A stretch of 25,288 nt of DNA from a virus (Duplodnaviria; Caudoviricetes). The position numbers and the translations under genes are program-made. The number at the start of each line of letters is the position of its first letter. Within the stretch, counting starts at the first letter, position 1. Where the stretch lies: positions 1-25,288 of IMG/VR virus record IMGVR_UViG_3300049919_000092, one strand, 5' to 3'. Under the pieces are notes generated by a model, which saw only the letters and a list, made by a program, of their open reading frames with translations, did no database searches and was not told where the DNA came from. Positions 23,596-25,288 of this stretch are shown here, one piece after another.

Positions 23596-25288
23596 ATGTC
23601 AGCAAATAGCAACAGTACAAAATTAAATGGAACACTTATATCAGCTTTAGGAACTGGTATATTAAAAAACACAACTGGAACAGGTATACCTAGTATAGCT
23701 ATCCCAGCAGATTTTCCAATACTTAACCAAAGCACTACAGGTAATGCAGCTACTGTTACAACTAATGCAAATTTAATAGGTGTTGTAACCTCTACCGGCA
23801 ATACAACATCTATTGCAAACGGAGTAATTACAAATGCTATGTTAGCAAATGCAGCTGTAGAAAATTTAACAGGCACAAACACTGGTGACAACGCTACAAA
23901 TACTCAATACTCAGGACTAGTTAGTAACGCCACTCATACAGGTGATGCAACAGGAGCAACAGTTCTTACTATTTCAAATAACGTAGTATCAAATGCAAAA
24001 CTTGCTCAAGCACCAGCAAACACAATAAAAGGAAACAATACAAATGCAACAGCAGATGAATTAGACCTTACTACAACAGAAGTAAAATCTATGCTTGCTA
24101 TTGCAAATACAGATGTGTCAGGACTGGGAACATTGTCTACCCAAAATGGAACATTTACTGCAATTCCACAGGCGAATATAACTAATTTAACAACCGATTT
24201 AGCAAGTAAACAAGCAACATTAGTTTCGGGTACTAATATCAAAACAATTAATGGAGCATCGTTACTTGGTGCAACAGATATTTTATTACAAACGCCTTTG
24301 ACAATTTCAACTGGTTTAACAAATACAGCAGGAATAGTTACAGTAAACACAACTCAAAATATAAATATCCTTTCAAATTTAACCACAGCAGGATTTGTAA
24401 AAACAACCGCAGGCGGTGCTTTGAGTAGTGGTCTTTTGGTAAGTGGAGATATTCCAAACAATGCAGCAAATACAAGTGGAACTGCTGCAAATATTACAGC
24501 AACAACAAATAGTACGATTACGAGTTTGCCAAGTTTAGCATTACCAACTACGCAATTAACAGGCACTATCACAAATGCACAATTAGCAAACGGAGCAGTT
24601 GCGAATTTAAGCGGAACAAATACAGGCGACAATGCAACAAATACAACTTCTAATACTTATGCAGATAACAAAGTACAAAATAGTTTAGTTGCGAGTACTA
24701 CATTAGCACCAAGTGTAACAGCAGTTAATACTGGATTAGCTACAAAAGAAAATACAATAACAGCAGGTACAACAGCACAATATTGGAGAGGCGATAAAAC
24801 GTTTCAAACATTAGATAAAACAGCAGTAGGTTTAGAAAACGTAGATAATACAAGCGATGCAAATAAGCCAGTAAGTACAGCACAACAGACTGCACTAAAC
24901 TTAAAAGCAAATATTGCTTCTCCTACATTTACAGGAACGGTTGGCTTACCAGCAGGGCAGGTAGTCAATGGCGTAACACTATCAACAGCTTCAGGTGCAA
25001 CTACTTTTTTGAATGGTAGCGGAACATACACAACACTTGCAGGTGGTGGAAACGCTATAATAGCAAATGGCTTACAGCAGTTCACAGGTACAAATGATGC
25101 AACGTTTTCAGATTTAGCAACCACTCCATCTTTACCAGCGGCAGGATTATCTAAGATATATGTAAAAGATATTGGGGGTCGTGCAATATTTAGTACTATA
25201 GACGAATGGGGCGAAACAAATCACATGCAAAGTTCTTTGACTTTTAATAACTTCTCAGGTGTAAGCCCTGGTGCAACTACTATTCCTA
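23596..25288 (+). CDS. Tail fibre protein, truncated by the window end; not in the ORF track
   Basis: Frame from ATG 23596 appears open to the end; fibre motifs NLTGTNTGDN (two similar copies), KQATLVSGTNIKTING, VGLENVDNTSDANKPVSTAQQTAL. Confidence 0.85.
   Translation, partial: MSANSNSTKLNGTLISALGTGILKNTTGTGIPSIAIPADFPILNQSTTGNAATVTTNANLIGVVTSTGNTTSIANGVITNAMLANAAVENLTGTNTGDNATNTQYSGLVSNATHTGDATGATVLTISNNVVSNAKLAQAPANTIKGNNTNATADELDLTTTEVKSMLAIANTDVSGLGTLSTQNGTFTAIPQANITNLTTDLASKQATLVSGTNIKTINGASLLGATDILLQTPLTISTGLTNTAGIVTVNTTQNINILSNLTTAGFVKTTAGGALSSGLLVSGDIPNNAANTSGTAANITATTNSTITSLPSLALPTTQLTGTITNAQLANGAVANLSGTNTGDNATNTTSNTYADNKVQNSLVASTTLAPSVTAVNTGLATKENTITAGTTAQYWRGDKTFQTLDKTAVGLENVDNTSDANKPVSTAQQTALNLKANIASPTFTGTVGLPAGQVVNGVTLSTASGATTFLNGSGTYTTLAGGGNAIIANGLQQFTGTNDATFSDLATTPSLPAAGLSKIYVKDIGGRAIFSTIDEWGETNHMQSSLTFNNFSGVSPGATTIP

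Larger units (their letters stand above)
1..25288. mobile_element. Tailed dsDNA phage (or prophage) genome segment, podovirus-like
   Basis: Collinear terminase-portal-scaffold-capsid-adaptor-nozzle-ejection-fibre genes; no tape measure, sheath or host housekeeping genes recognised. Confidence 0.95.

Noticed and set aside
21371-25124. Minus-strand ORFs over the fibre genes (21371, 23065, 23580, 24006, 24354, 24804)
   Set aside because: Mirror frames caused by repetitive codons of the plus-strand fibre genes
3536-25288. Stop-codon reassignment (code 15 or 25)
   Set aside because: Long genes are intact and tightly packed in the standard code, and TAG ends several genes directly before the next start

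Overview
A 25.3 kb, AT-rich piece of a tailed dsDNA phage (Caudoviricetes) with podovirus-like gene order, read in the standard genetic code. Positions 1-2270 hold a minus-strand cluster of small early-type ORFs plus a DNA-binding protein that looks like a recombinase core-binding domain fused to an HTH. Positions 2270-3535 are a ~1.27 kb ORF-poor control region with divergent sigma70 promoters, a DnaA box, a dif-like site, long hairpins and a candidate ~430-nt ncRNA. From 3536 to the end is the plus-strand morphogenesis module: terminase small and large subunits, HNH, portal, scaffold, major capsid, adaptor, second HNH, tail nozzle, tail protein, three probable ejection proteins, a collagen/SGNH-esterase fibre and a truncated tail fibre. 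A 54-aa antisense membrane protein sits inside this module. The scarcity of Shine-Dalgarno sites and the very short leaders hint at a Patescibacteria (CPR)- or Bacteroidota-type host; this is inference only. All protein calls come from motif recognition and gene order, not database searches.
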